From NCBI GenBank assembly GCA_021414115.1, contig JAIOPD010000095.1, positions 21,989-85,988 on the forward strand: a DNA stretch of 64,000 nt. The letters are read 5' to 3'. This DNA comes from Planctomycetia bacterium. Lineage in GTDB: Bacteria; Planctomycetota; Planctomycetia; Pirellulales; UBA1268. The number at the start of each line of letters is the position of its first letter. Within the stretch, counting starts at the first letter, position 1. A program made the position numbers and the translations under genes. The notes under the pieces were generated by a model that saw only the letters and a program-made list of their open reading frames with translations, did not search any database and was not told the origin of the DNA. This document shows, in pieces, positions 21,724 through 30,662 of the stretch.

Positions 21724-22620
21724 TCAGGGCGCATGCCTGAAGCGGGCGGGCTCGATGTGGATGAAGGCGTCGGCAATCCTCAGCGGCGAGTTTTTCAGAA
21801 CGCTGCGGACCTTGCCGCCGATGTCGTGGCCCTCTTGGACGGTGGCCTGTCCATCCACCTCGACGTGCAGTTCCACGAAATACCTGGTGCCGCTCTTGCG
21901 GATCCGGCACTTGTCCAGGGACCGGACGCCATCGACTCCTGAGGCGAGATCTCGGACCTTTTGCTCGAACTCCTTCGCCGGGGCTGCGTCGAGAAGCTCC
22001 CGAACTGCCATCCGGAGCAGATTCACGCCGCTGAAGACGATCACCACGCAGGCCAGCAGGGCCGCCCAATCGTCGGCGGGTTCATAGCCAGGGCCGCCGA
22101 TCAAACCGATCGTGATGCCGATGAATGCCGCCACGGATGTCAGGGCGTCGGCCCAGTGATGCCACGCGTCGGCCTGGAGGGAGGTGCTCTCGGCTTCCTC
22201 GCCAATACCAGCCATCCACCGGGCGAGGACCATTTTCGTGGCCACCACCAGCACCAGCACGAGCAGCGTGGACCAGTGGGGAAGGTGATGAGGCGTGCGG
22301 ATCTCGCGAACGCTCTGATAGGCGATCATGCCCGCCGCGGCGAGCAGGGCGAGCGAAGCGACGATCCCCGACAGAGCTTCGGCCTTGCCGTAGCCGTAGG
22401 GATGCCGTTCGTCGGCCGGCGCCACGCTCACTCGCAAGCCGCCCCAGACGACGAGCGAGGTCACGATATCCGAGGTCGACTCGATGCCGTCGGCAATGAG
22501 GGCATAGGAGTTGCCGAAGAACCCGGCGAGAATCTTGATCGAAGCGAGGGCGGCGTTGACCGCCACGCCGACGAGCGGGACGGTCGAAAGCGACGGCGGG
22601 ACGTGTGCGGTGTCTGTCAT
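21724..22620 (-). CDS. Cation diffusion facilitator family transporter
   Basis: ALIADGIESTSD, HPYGYGKAE, ADAWHHWAD, ELHVEVD. Confidence 0.92.
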   Translation of the reverse strand: MTDTAHVPPSLSTVPLVGVAVNAALASIKILAGFFGNSYALIADGIESTSDIVTSLVVWGGLRVSVAPADERHPYGYGKAEALSGIVASLALLAAAGMIAYQSVREIRTPHHLPHWSTLLVLVLVVATKMVLARWMAGIGEEAESTSLQADAWHHWADALTSVAAFIGITIGLIGGPGYEPADDWAALLACVVIVFSGVNLLRMAVRELLDAAPAKEFEQKVRDLASGVDGVRSLDKCRIRKSGTRYFVELHVEVDGQATVQEGHDIGGKVRSVLKNSPLRIADAFIHIEPARFRHAP

Positions 22621-23006
22621 CGACTGCTCGCCGGAGACCGAGGTAAGAGTTTCTTATACCGTGTCGTCGCCGTCGGGATCGCGAAGAATTCTCGGTCGCG
22701 GCTGCGCCCCTCCCTCCGACACACCACGCGGACCGATCCCCTACTCGCTCATGAGCACTGGTACAAAAAATGGAAAGGGGTCGAACCCACCACCCACGGC
22801 ACCCCGCTCGAATGCCGGCCGGACGAATTTCCTGACGCGTGCAGGCATATATGCGCTCACTCCGTGATGGTGAGCGGGTTGGATTTGCTGGACCAAGCGA
22901 CCGCGGAGCGAGGTTCGTCTCGCACGACAACCCCGGTCGAGCCGTTGGCCGGAATCGGCCTGTCGCCGTACCAGCCCGATTCAGTAGCCTCCGCAGAGGT
23001 GTCTCC

Positions 23007-23561
23007 ATGCTGAAAAGGCTCATCGATCTCCTGCTTCGTCGACATCGCCACCGGTCGGCTGCGGCCGCGGGGTGGCAGGTCCGCAACGAGGCACTGATCG
23101 ATCGTCTGCGTGCCCGTGGCGTAACGATTGGAGAAGAGTGCGTCATCTTCACGGAGCAATTCTCGCTCGAGCCCTATCTCGTCGAGATCGGCGATCGCGT
23201 GGCCGTGGCCGGGGGCACGATTTTCCTGACACACGACGGCGCCGCATGGCTTCTCCGTCGCCGGCGTCCTGATGCCCAGCACTTCGGTCGGATCATCGTC
23301 GGCGACGATACCTTCATCGGCCACGGCTGCATCATCCTGCCCGGCGCACGGATCGGGACGAACTGCGTTGTCGGAGCCGGTTCGGTCGTGCGGGGAACGA
23401 TACCCGACAACGCAGTCGTGATGGGGAATCCGGCCTCGGTCGTGGGCAGAACAAGCCTGCTTCTGGAGTTCATGCATGCGAGCCCCGACACACTGGACAC
23501 CTTCTCTCTGTCGCCTAACGAGCGCGCGAAGCAAGTCCGGAGGCACTTCAGCCTCTCGTGA
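23007..23561 (+). CDS. Hexapeptide-repeat acyltransferase
   Basis: EPYLVEIGD, FLTHDG, IIVGDDTFIG..ILPGARIG..VGAGSVV, GNPA. Confidence 0.85.
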   Translation: MLKRLIDLLLRRHRHRSAAAAGWQVRNEALIDRLRARGVTIGEECVIFTEQFSLEPYLVEIGDRVAVAGGTIFLTHDGAAWLLRRRRPDAQHFGRIIVGDDTFIGHGCIILPGARIGTNCVVGAGSVVRGTIPDNAVVMGNPASVVGRTSLLLEFMHASPDTLDTFSLSPNERAKQVRRHFSLS

Positions 23562-23596
23562 GGCTGGCCAAGCCCTCAAACCGTGAGCCGACGAAC

Positions 23597-23863
23597 ATGA
23601 CACCTGACAGCACGAGCATGATGGATGCCGATCTCGACGCGGTGATCCGCGATGTCATTGCGAAGTCGCTACGCATGCCCCTTGACCAGGTGTTGCCGGC
23701 GGCATCGATCACCGACGACCTTGGTGCCGATTCCTTGCTTCACATGACCGTCATCATGGACCTCGAGCGGCGGTTTGCTATCACGATTCCCGACGTTGAG
23801 GCGGCGCGGTGCGTGACTGTTCGTGATGTGGTCGCCGTGGTCCGCCGGCGAATCACGCGCTGA
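23597..23863 (+). CDS. Acyl carrier protein
   Basis: DLGADSL phosphopantetheine motif, LERRFAITIPD, TVRD. Confidence 0.85.
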   Translation: MTPDSTSMMDADLDAVIRDVIAKSLRMPLDQVLPAASITDDLGADSLLHMTVIMDLERRFAITIPDVEAARCVTVRDVVAVVRRRITR

Positions 23864-23970
23864 AGCCGAGTTCGGCGTCCCGTGAGCCTCGCGGGGTGCC
23901 GTGGCCAGGCGGCCATGGCCGTTGATGGCCGCTCCCACCCGAAGATCCCGGAATTGTTTGCAGCATCGAG

Positions 23971-24110
23971 GCGACGCGGAATCCGACGCCGTCGGAACTT
24001 CCCAGGCGGTGTTCCGCCTCGCATCGACGCATGCCTGGCAATTGGTCGCGACACCCTGCGAACGACTCACTTTCCAATCCGCAGGAGGACGCATGAGGTC
24101 GCACAGGGCC
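23971..24110 (+). repeat. Two degenerate att right-arm remnants without the tRNA core, flanking a PIN-gene fragment
   Basis: GCGACGCGGAATCCGACGCC at 23971-23990, and ACGACTCACTTT..TCCGCAGGAGGACGCATGAGGTCGCA at about 24062-24103, similar to the right arm at 49718-49771. Confidence 0.7.
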
Positions 24111-24219
24111 CCCCAAGCGGTATTCGGCAAAGGGCCGCGGCAGACGAACCTCCGCCCCGGCACCTGCCCAGCGATCATGCCACGACGGAAACGGGCTCAG
24201 AGACGGCAGTCAGGTACAC

Positions 24220-24462
24220 TTGGATGGTGCCGAAGATTTTCGAAAACAAGATGGCTACTCGTTTTTCTTCTACAGCAATAACCATGCCCCCATCCACGTC
24301 CATGTTCGCCGGGGCGGTGGTGAAGCAGTGTTCGTTGTCGAGCCGGAAGTAGAACTGCGTGAATCAGTCGGATTCAATGTCAGAGAGCTCTCGCGAGCGG
24401 AGGACCTCATCGATGACAACCTCGAACTCATCAAACAAAAATGGGCCGAGCACCTTGGCTGA
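24220..24462 (+). CDS. DUF4160 protein (putative toxin), probably frameshifted near the N-terminus
   Basis: FFFYSN.HAPIHVHV..GGGEAVF. The natural start GTG 24227 (MPKIFE) is out of frame with QDGYSFFF. Confidence 0.7.
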   Translation: MDGAEDFRKQDGYSFFFYSNNHAPIHVHVRRGGGEAVFVVEPEVELRESVGFNVRELSRAEDLIDDNLELIKQKWAEHLG

Positions 24463-24682
24463 CCGTGCCCTGAAGGCATGGCATGAGCGAGGAAAGATCT
24501 TTGTCAGATTCGCCAGCGGCCATGAGGTGAGTTTCCCCACCAAGGGCAACCCGCGGTTGGAATCCGCTGCCGAGGAAGATGTGGGCCGTATCGAAATCTC
24601 TCCATTTGGTCTGCACTGGCCGACGCTCGATGAAGACCTGTCGTTTACGGGAATTCTGGAGGGGCGTTACGGTCAGCGGTGA
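24455..24682 (+). CDS. DUF2442 protein (putative antitoxin)
   Basis: SPFGLHWPTLDEDLS; overlaps the DUF4160 stop. Confidence 0.8.
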   Translation: MADRALKAWHERGKIFVRFASGHEVSFPTKGNPRLESAAEEDVGRIEISPFGLHWPTLDEDLSFTGILEGRYGQR

Positions 24683-24727
24683 CTGCACGCCCTGCGCATA
24701 ACCAGCCAGTGATCAGCGCCGGACAAC

Positions 24728-24913
24728 GCTGCCGGTAACGCTTGATCGACGATGCTGGGTGCGGCTCGATGCGAGCCCGAGAGGCATGCTTCGAAGAAAG
24801 CTCCCCGAGTAGGATCACGCACCCGTGCGTTTTCCGGAGGGAAAGCGAGGGTTGCCGAGGCACAGCGACGCAGAATCCGACGTAGCCGGAAGTTCGCAGG
24901 AAGTCGGAGAAGG
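24728..24913. repeat. att-like site 1 (tRNA-Asn 3' core 24797-24815, class B arm 24865-24884)
   Basis: Core AAAGCTCCCCGAGTAGGAT; GCGACGCAGAATCCGACGTA 68 bp after the core start; left flank similar to 30645-30715. Confidence 0.85.
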
Positions 24914-25000
24914 CGTAGGATTGTCCGGGGATGGTCCGGCGGTGTGCCGCGTTGGGCTGGTGTATGATGTCAGGAGAGCACGCGAAGAGACGGAGCGAGC

Positions 25001-25210
25001 ATGCGATCTTATACGGCCATCATTGAGCGGTGCCCCGATACGGGACTCTATGTCGGATATGTTCCTGGACTGCCGGGCGCGCATTCGCAGGGGGAGACGA
25101 TCGACGAACTCAATGTGAACCTCGCCGAAGTCATCGAAATGCTGCTTCAGGATGGAGAGCCCGCCCTGGAATCAGAGTTCATCGGAACACAGACGGTTCA
25201 GGTGGGCTGA
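25001..25210 (+). CDS. hicB: HicB-family antitoxin
   Basis: YTAIIE..YVGYVPGLPGAHSQGETIDEL..NLAEVI. Confidence 0.85.
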   Translation: MRSYTAIIERCPDTGLYVGYVPGLPGAHSQGETIDELNVNLAEVIEMLLQDGEPALESEFIGTQTVQVG

Positions 25211-25213
25211 GCG

Positions 25214-25285
25214 GTGGCCAAGCGCAAACTCCCGATCCTCAAGCCGGCGGAAGTCGTGACGAAACTCGTTGCGCTCGGCTTTGCG
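25214..25285 (+). pseudogene. hicA: Truncated HicA toxin (N-terminus only)
   Basis: MAKRKLPILKPAEVVTKLVALGF directly after hicB; similarity stops before the GSH motif. Confidence 0.7.
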
Positions 25286-25316
25286 GACTGCCTTCGATAC
25301 ATGTACGCTTGTGCGT

Positions 25317-25517
25317 ATGGTCACGCTCGCTGACATCGAAGCCGCAGCCGTTTCGCTCTCGCCCGCAGAGAAGCAAGAGTTAATGCTCTTCCTGGCTTCG
25401 CGGCTGCGAGCCGAAGGTGCGGCGCTGCCGGAGCCTCGCGTGTTTACAGCAGATGAGATGGCAGGTTGGATCGCTGAAGATGAGGCGGACATGCGCCGTC
25501 TGCGGGAGCAGCTGTGA
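25317..25517 (+). CDS. Small putative antitoxin
   Basis: MVTLADIEAAAVSLSPAEKQEL...; its stop overlaps the PIN start (GTGA). Confidence 0.65.
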   Translation: MVTLADIEAAAVSLSPAEKQELMLFLASRLRAEGAALPEPRVFTADEMAGWIAEDEADMRRLREQL

Positions 25518-25873
25518 GGCTGTTTCTGGATTCAAGTGTCATGATCGCCGGGGCTGCGTCTGCCGAAGGCGCGTCCCGCGCGGTGTTCCGCCTCGCAGCA
25601 GTGCATGATTGGGGGCTGGTGACGACGCCCTATGCCGTTGCGGAGACAGTCCGCAATCTCGCGACGTTCCCGCCACCGATCACCGCCATGTAGCTGAGGC
25701 TTCGGAGCCAACTCGTAGTCGTCGATGATGTCTTGACGATCGACAAGCCCGCTGTGTTTCCCGTAGAGAAGGACAGACCGATTCTTTTCAGCGCCTTGGC
25801 ATCGGCGGATGTTCTTCTGACGCTCGATCGCGCCGATTTCAGCCGCAGATACAGCGATCCCGCCAAAAGGTGA
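25514..25873 (+). pseudogene. PIN-domain toxin pseudogene
   Basis: MRLFLDSSV...KDRPILFSAL..ADVLLTLDRADF with an in-frame TAG at 25691-25693; the C-terminus runs into an arm-repeat remnant. Confidence 0.8.
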
Positions 25874-25918
25874 CGTAAAAAGCGACGTAGCGTAGATGTG
25901 GCAGGGGCTGACAGGACG
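25870..25918. repeat. Degenerate att right-arm remnant
   Basis: GTGACGTAAAAAGCGACGTA at 25870-25889 has the same 8-4-8 layout as the other arms. Confidence 0.6.
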
Positions 25919-26013
25919 TGGTGGGGACGTTGCCGAACCGTAATGGCGGTGACGTCACCACCCCGACCAGAACAGAACTTGCCTGCGTGTCCGAGCGGCA
26001 ATACCTTGAACGG

Positions 26014-26497
<484 letters not shown>

Positions 26498-26519
26498 TTC
26501 CTCGTGGTCCGGCAATCGC

Positions 26520-26612
26520 CAGACCTACGAAGTCGAGTTCGTCGCTGGCGATGGCAAGAGCGTGGACGTTGTTACGCTCAAGCCAGAGGACATTCGCCGC
26601 CTCTCGGCATGA
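26520..26612 (+). pseudogene. DUF4926-like C-terminal fragment
   Basis: TYEVEFVAGDGKSVDVVTLKPEDIR, lacking the N-terminal half. Confidence 0.6.
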
Positions 26613-26686
26613 CGGATGCGGCACCGCCGCCGTTGGGAGGAAGAGCGAGCTGGGTTGACGCCGTTCAATCCAATGCGGTGAACGGG

Positions 26687-26780
26687 AAAGCTCCCCGAGT
26701 AGGGTGAGCGCACACCACCGCCATAGGCCCCGCGGAGCGGACGGCGGCGGTTCGGGGCAAGTGACTGGGACAAACTGCCC
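26687..26780. repeat. att-like site 2 (17 bp core 26687-26703, divergent class C arm)
   Basis: Core AAAGCTCCCCGAGTAGG; GGGGCAA/GGGACAA repeat pair at 26754 and 26767. Confidence 0.7.
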
Positions 26781-26818
26781 TTTCAGTACGCCACCAGCCG
26801 CCCCCTGTCTCCGGCCCC

Positions 26819-27007
26819 CTACTTCTTCGGGATGTAGGCGTTGACGCCCACGATCACCTTCTTGCCGTCCACCACGCAGTCGGTTTCTTTGTTTCCGTAG
26901 GTCGAGGCGACCACTAGCGTTTTGCCGCTGGACGACCGTTCCGGCTTGGAATTTAGGGGAATCCTGAGAACCAACTCATCGCCAACGATTTTTGCTGAAA
27001 AAGCCAT
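26819..27007 (-). CDS. Small hypothetical protein (62 aa)
   Basis: MAFSAKIVGDELVLRIPL..SSSGKTLVVASTYGN..VIVGVNAY; AAGGA RBS upstream. Confidence 0.7.
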   Translation of the reverse strand: MAFSAKIVGDELVLRIPLNSKPERSSSGKTLVVASTYGNKETDCVVDGKKVIVGVNAYIPKK

Positions 27008-27099
27008 GGGGCCATTCCTTGGACGGTTGAGGGAGAGCGAATCGACCAGTCTACGAGACTCGATTAGAATTCGGTCCAGCGGCACGACGGAACGCTTGC

Positions 27100-27339
27100 A
27101 TGACACCAACAGTCTTTAGAGAAGGACCATTTCGGTTCTTTTTCTTCTCACGAGAAGAAACGAGGATGCACGTTCATGTAGCTCACCCAGACGGAGAGGC
27201 CAAGTTCTGGCTCGACCCAGAAGTAGAACTAGCCACCCAGACGGGCTTGGCGAAGCACGTTATTTGCGAGGCACAGCAACTGGTTGAAGACCATCTGCAG
27301 GAGATCATCGATGCCTGGAACAAGCACTTTCCCGGTTGA
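27100..27339 (+). CDS. DUF4160 protein (putative toxin)
   Basis: PTVFREGPFRFFFFSREE.RMHVHV...EAKFWL. Confidence 0.87.
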   Translation: MTPTVFREGPFRFFFFSREETRMHVHVAHPDGEAKFWLDPEVELATQTGLAKHVICEAQQLVEDHLQEIIDAWNKHFPG

Positions 27340-27568
27340 AGTCACGAACGTTTCCAGGCACGGCCTGTGGCTGCTAGTTGGGGATGAGGAGTTGTTCTTG
27401 CCCTTCGAACACTTCCCATGGTTTCGTGAAGCCAGTATTGAGAAGATTTCGGTCATTGAGCGTCAGACCGCCGACCATCTGTACTGGCCGCTGCTCGATA
27501 TCGATGTATCAGTCGAATCGATTCGCAACCCTGACGCCTTTCCCCTTGTTGCCAGGAGTCAGCAATGA
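27311..27568 (+). CDS. DUF2442 protein (putative antitoxin)
   Basis: EVTNVS.HGLWLL..EELFLPF..FPWF..HLYWP.LDID. Confidence 0.85.
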   Translation: MPGTSTFPVEVTNVSRHGLWLLVGDEELFLPFEHFPWFREASIEKISVIERQTADHLYWPLLDIDVSVESIRNPDAFPLVARSQQ

Positions 27569-27774
27569 GCGAACACACCTACAAGATGATCGAGTTGGTC
27601 GGCTCTTCGCATACGGGTATTGAGGCGGCAGTTCAGAACGCCATCGCCAAGGCGGAAATCAACGAGAGCAAGATGCGGTGGTTCGAGGTGATGGAAACCC
27701 GAGGCCACATAGAGAATGGCAAGATCGCCCACTGGCAGGTCCGAGTGAAGATCGGCGTGACGATGGACGAGTGA
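27565..27774 (+). CDS. Dodecin (flavin-binding)
   Basis: TYKMIELVGSS..IEAAVQNAI..WFEVMETRGHI..WQV.VKIG. Confidence 0.93.
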   Translation: MSEHTYKMIELVGSSHTGIEAAVQNAIAKAEINESKMRWFEVMETRGHIENGKIAHWQVRVKIGVTMDE

Positions 27775-27802
27775 CGCCGTCCTCACCCCAGCCTGCCTCT
27801 TC

Positions 27803-27956
27803 GTGCGGCTTCTTGCGGAGAAAGCTCCCCGAGTAGGATTCGTCACAGCCGTAGTTTGCGACGGGAATGGCGAGGGTTCTGCGAGGGAGCGACTCAAAAA
27901 GCGACTCACTCGGCAGGGTCGGGAAGTCCGCAGGAGGCCGCACGGAGTCGCACGGG
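27803..27956. repeat. att-like site 3 (22 bp core 27821-27842, class A arm 27889-27908)
   Basis: Core AAAGCTCCCCGAGTAGGATTCG; arm GCGACTCAAAAAGCGACTCA; then CGCAGGAGGCCGCA.GGAGTCGCA. Confidence 0.9.
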
Positions 27957-28023
27957 CTTTCGCCACGCTCCCACCAGACACCAAGGGAGACCCCGTCAGC
28001 GAATCGTTGGGAAAAGCAGGAGG

Positions 28024-28413
28024 TCAATCCCAGAGTCGGGTGACCCCGTACTGGTCAAACACCGTATCGGCACTGACGATTGGAATGGTCTCAACCAGGC
28101 ATTGAGCCACGAGGAGTCTGTCAAAAGGATCTCTGTGGTGGAATGGCAAAGCCGTCTGCCGTTCGGTGAACTCCAACGTGATTGGGGACACTGTGATGCC
28201 GAGGTCAGCCAACGCCCGCTCCACCCATTGGCGATACGGCAGAGACAGCGAAAGTTTCTTGAGGCTTGTCTTGATGGAGAGTTCCCAGATCGTCCCGACG
28301 CTTACCGTCAATTCAATGGCGGGGTTTTCAAGGATGGCTCTGGCACTGGCACCGAGCCTACTCGGGTCGTCCAACGCCCAGATCAAGGTGTGGGCATCCA
28401 GAAGATGCCTCAT
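28024..28413 (-). CDS. vapC: VapC PIN-domain toxin
   Basis: LLDAHTLIW, S...WEL, HHRDPFDRLLVAQ. Confidence 0.92.
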   Translation of the reverse strand: MRHLLDAHTLIWALDDPSRLGASARAILENPAIELTVSVGTIWELSIKTSLKKLSLSLPYRQWVERALADLGITVSPITLEFTERQTALPFHHRDPFDRLLVAQCLVETIPIVSADTVFDQYGVTRLWD

Positions 28414-28646
28414 TCCATGTACTCCGTGAAGTCCTCCATCCGAGCATCAAAGTCGGGAGCCATGTACAGGACGGTTCCCTTCATGGTTCCCAGTTGGCGG
28501 TGAGCCTTCTTGGGAATCGGCGGTGTCGGAACGAGCCGAGCCACTGGCTGGTCGTTTTCGGTGATCACGACCTCATCCCCAGGCGTTAGGCGATGGATGA
28601 TGTCGGCCAGGCCAGACTGGGCTTCTTTGAGCGTCACGGTGGTCAT
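28410..28646 (-). CDS. Phd/YefM-type antitoxin
   Basis: VTLKEAQ..L...GDEVVIT...PVARLVP...G.MKG...PDFDA..EDF; overlaps the vapC start. Confidence 0.88.
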   Translation of the reverse strand: MTTVTLKEAQSGLADIIHRLTPGDEVVITENDQPVARLVPTPPIPKKAHRQLGTMKGTVLYMAPDFDARMEDFTEYME

Positions 28647-28708
28647 GGCAAAGTCTCCTGCCATGATCCTACCAACCACCCGTCCCTTCTGGACTCACCG
28701 GTTCGCAA

Positions 28709-28843
28709 AAAGCTCCCCGAATAGGATTCGTCACAACCGCCGTTTGTGACGGGAAGGGCGAGGGTTCCGCGAGGGAGCGACTCAAAAAACGACTCACTCG
28801 GACGAGCCTGGACGTTCGCAGGAACCCGCATGAGTCCGCACGC
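28709..28843. repeat. att-like site 4 (core 28709-28730, class A arm 28777-28796)
   Basis: Core AAAGCTCCCCGAATAGGATTCG (one mismatch); arm GCGACTCAAAAAACGACTCA at +68. Confidence 0.9.
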
Positions 28844-28912
28844 TCGGAGCCGCGAGAGGTAGCGCCGGCCCGCGTCCTGGGTGGACAGGCACGGGGATAA
28901 CAGGCGAGCCCG

Positions 28913-28969
28913 CTGCCGTCGCGACCTCTTTGGTGGTCGCTGAGTGGCCGGCCAAGAGGGCGACGGCAG
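28913..28969. other. 57-nt bulged inverted repeat
   Basis: CTGCCGTCGC-GA-CCTCTT-T-GG pairs with CCAAGAGG-GCGACGGCAG; inner GGTCGC/GTGGCC stem around a TGA loop. Confidence 0.7.
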
Positions 28970-29072
28970 GGGACGGTGCCTCCGGATGCCCCATCAGTTC
29001 GCGGTGCTGCCTTTGGCGTGCCACCGTATACTTGAACGCGTTCGCGGTGTCCCATGATGAGGTGACCAACCC

Positions 29073-29303
29073 ATGAATCACCCAGAGAAGCATGTTCATG
29101 TTCAGGTGACAGTCGGAGCACATGGCTCTGTCACCCTCGACCAGCTGCCATACGAGCCTGGCCAACGGGTGGACGTCACGATCAGCCCGATCGCTGCTCC
29201 ACATGCAGACGGTGCGCCCCGGTATCCGCTCAGCGGAACGAAGGTGGAGTACAACGGCCCCTTCGAGAGCGTCGCGGAAGGTGACTGGGAAGCTGCAAGG
29301 TGA
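29073..29303 (+). CDS. Putative antitoxin
   Basis: G.VTLDQLPY.PG..V.V...YPL.G..V.Y..PFESVAE.DW; its stop overlaps the vapC start. Confidence 0.75.
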   Translation: MNHPEKHVHVQVTVGAHGSVTLDQLPYEPGQRVDVTISPIAAPHADGAPRYPLSGTKVEYNGPFESVAEGDWEAAR

Positions 29304-29698
29304 TCGTTCTCGACACGCACGTGTGGGTCTGGTGGGTGCACCAGGATGATCGGCTGTCGACGAAGGCCAAGTCGTTCATTTCCCAGCACGAAACGCGGCA
29401 CATCGGCGTCAGCGCGATCTCCTGCTGGGAAGTTGCGAAACTGGTGGAGCGTGGGCGCCTCCGGCTCCCCATGTCCACCGATCAATGGCTCCATGCGGCG
29501 CTCGCCTATCCCGGAGTCAGACTTCTTGAACTCACGCCGGACATCGCCGCCGACGCGTGCAGCCTGCCTGGGGCTTTTCACAGCGACCCGGCCGATCAGA
29601 TCATCGTTGCCACGGCGCGACATCACGGCAGCGGGCTTGTGACGATGGATCAGCGCATCCTTTCGTATCCGCATGTGCCCTTGGCGCGAGTCGCCTGA
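29300..29698 (+). CDS. vapC: VapC PIN-domain toxin
   Basis: IVLDTHVWVWW, SAISCWEVA, FHSDPADQIIVATA, VTMD. Confidence 0.92.
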   Translation: MIVLDTHVWVWWVHQDDRLSTKAKSFISQHETRHIGVSAISCWEVAKLVERGRLRLPMSTDQWLHAALAYPGVRLLELTPDIAADACSLPGAFHSDPADQIIVATARHHGSGLVTMDQRILSYPHVPLARVA

Positions 29699-29761
29699 GA
29701 CGTTCGTGGGTTGGCGCCCGGCGATCGCGAACTGCTCTGCGAGGCTTCATGGCCGGCCTGT

Positions 29762-29905
29762 TGCGGCCTCCTGCGAAAGAGGCCAAAGCTCCCCGAGTAG
29801 GATTCGTAACAACTGCCGTATTCTCCGTGAAAACACGGGGGTCGGCAGGAAAGTGACTCAAAAAGCGACTCACTTTTCAGTCCGCAGGAGGTCGCAGGAG
29901 GACGC
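29762..29905. repeat. att-like site 5 (core 29785-29806, class A arm 29853-29872)
   Basis: Left TGCGGCCTCCTGCG is inverted relative to right CGCAGGAGGTCGCA; arm GTGACTCAAAAAGCGACTCA at +68. Confidence 0.9.
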
Positions 29906-29955
29906 TCCGGCTCGCGGTAGAATGAGGACGTTACTCGGTAGCCAAGGAACCCGCC

Positions 29956-30273
29956 GTGATCGCGTCCCGCCTGCTCGACGAACTCAAGGAACGGCTGACA
30001 TCAGCCTACGGCCATCGGCTGCACGCCGTGGTGCTGTTCGGATCCGAGGCTCGAGGCGAGGCCAAGCCGGACAGTGACATCGACGTGTTGGCAGTACTTC
30101 AAACGCAGTCCGGCGACTATGGCGACGAGTTGGAGCGGGGTCTGGCCGCGGTGTATCCGGTTGCCCTGCGACTCGGTCGCCGCGTGAGTGTGAAGCCGCT
30201 GACACGCGAGGAGTATGAGCATGGCGACAGCCCGCTGCTTCGCGAGGTGCGACGTTCGGGCGTTGCGGCATGA
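29956..30273 (+). CDS. Minimal nucleotidyltransferase (MNT) antitoxin
   Basis: VLFGSEARGEAKPDSDIDVL (GS..DxD motif). Confidence 0.9.
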   Translation: MIASRLLDELKERLTSAYGHRLHAVVLFGSEARGEAKPDSDIDVLAVLQTQSGDYGDELERGLAAVYPVALRLGRRVSVKPLTREEYEHGDSPLLREVRRSGVAA

Positions 30274-30662
30274 AGGATTTCATTCGCAGCCAGTGGACGA
30301 AGGCGGCGCGGTCCCTTGCGGCAGCTCAGGCGATTCTCGCGACCGACCCTGATTCATCGGCGTCGAGGGCCTACTACGCCGCCTTCCACGGCGTGACCGC
30401 CGTGCTCGCGGGACGCGGCATGGAGTTCACGAAGCACACTGCCGTGAGGGCGGCTCTGCATCGGGACCTCATTCAGGCCGGGCTCCTGCCGGCAGATTTG
30501 GGGCGAGACTACGACTTCCTCCTCGATCTTCGCGAAACGGCTGACTACGGCGGCGTCGCCGAGGCGTCGCTGGCGAGTGCGACGAAGGCCATTGAGAAGG
30601 CACGAGCGATCCTGGCGGCGATCGAGCCTTTGTTGCCGGATGATGCTGCCGGTAACGCTTGA
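30270..30662 (+). CDS. HEPN-domain protein (MNT-HEPN pair)
   Basis: SRAYYAAFH, TKH..V, LRETADY. Confidence 0.88.
   Translation: MKDFIRSQWTKAARSLAAAQAILATDPDSSASRAYYAAFHGVTAVLAGRGMEFTKHTAVRAALHRDLIQAGLLPADLGRDYDFLLDLRETADYGGVAEASLASATKAIEKARAILAAIEPLLPDDAAGNA

Noticed and set aside
27821-27842. Intact tRNA gene
   Set aside because: Only the 3' 17-22 nt are present at each copy; there is no D-arm or anticodon arm.
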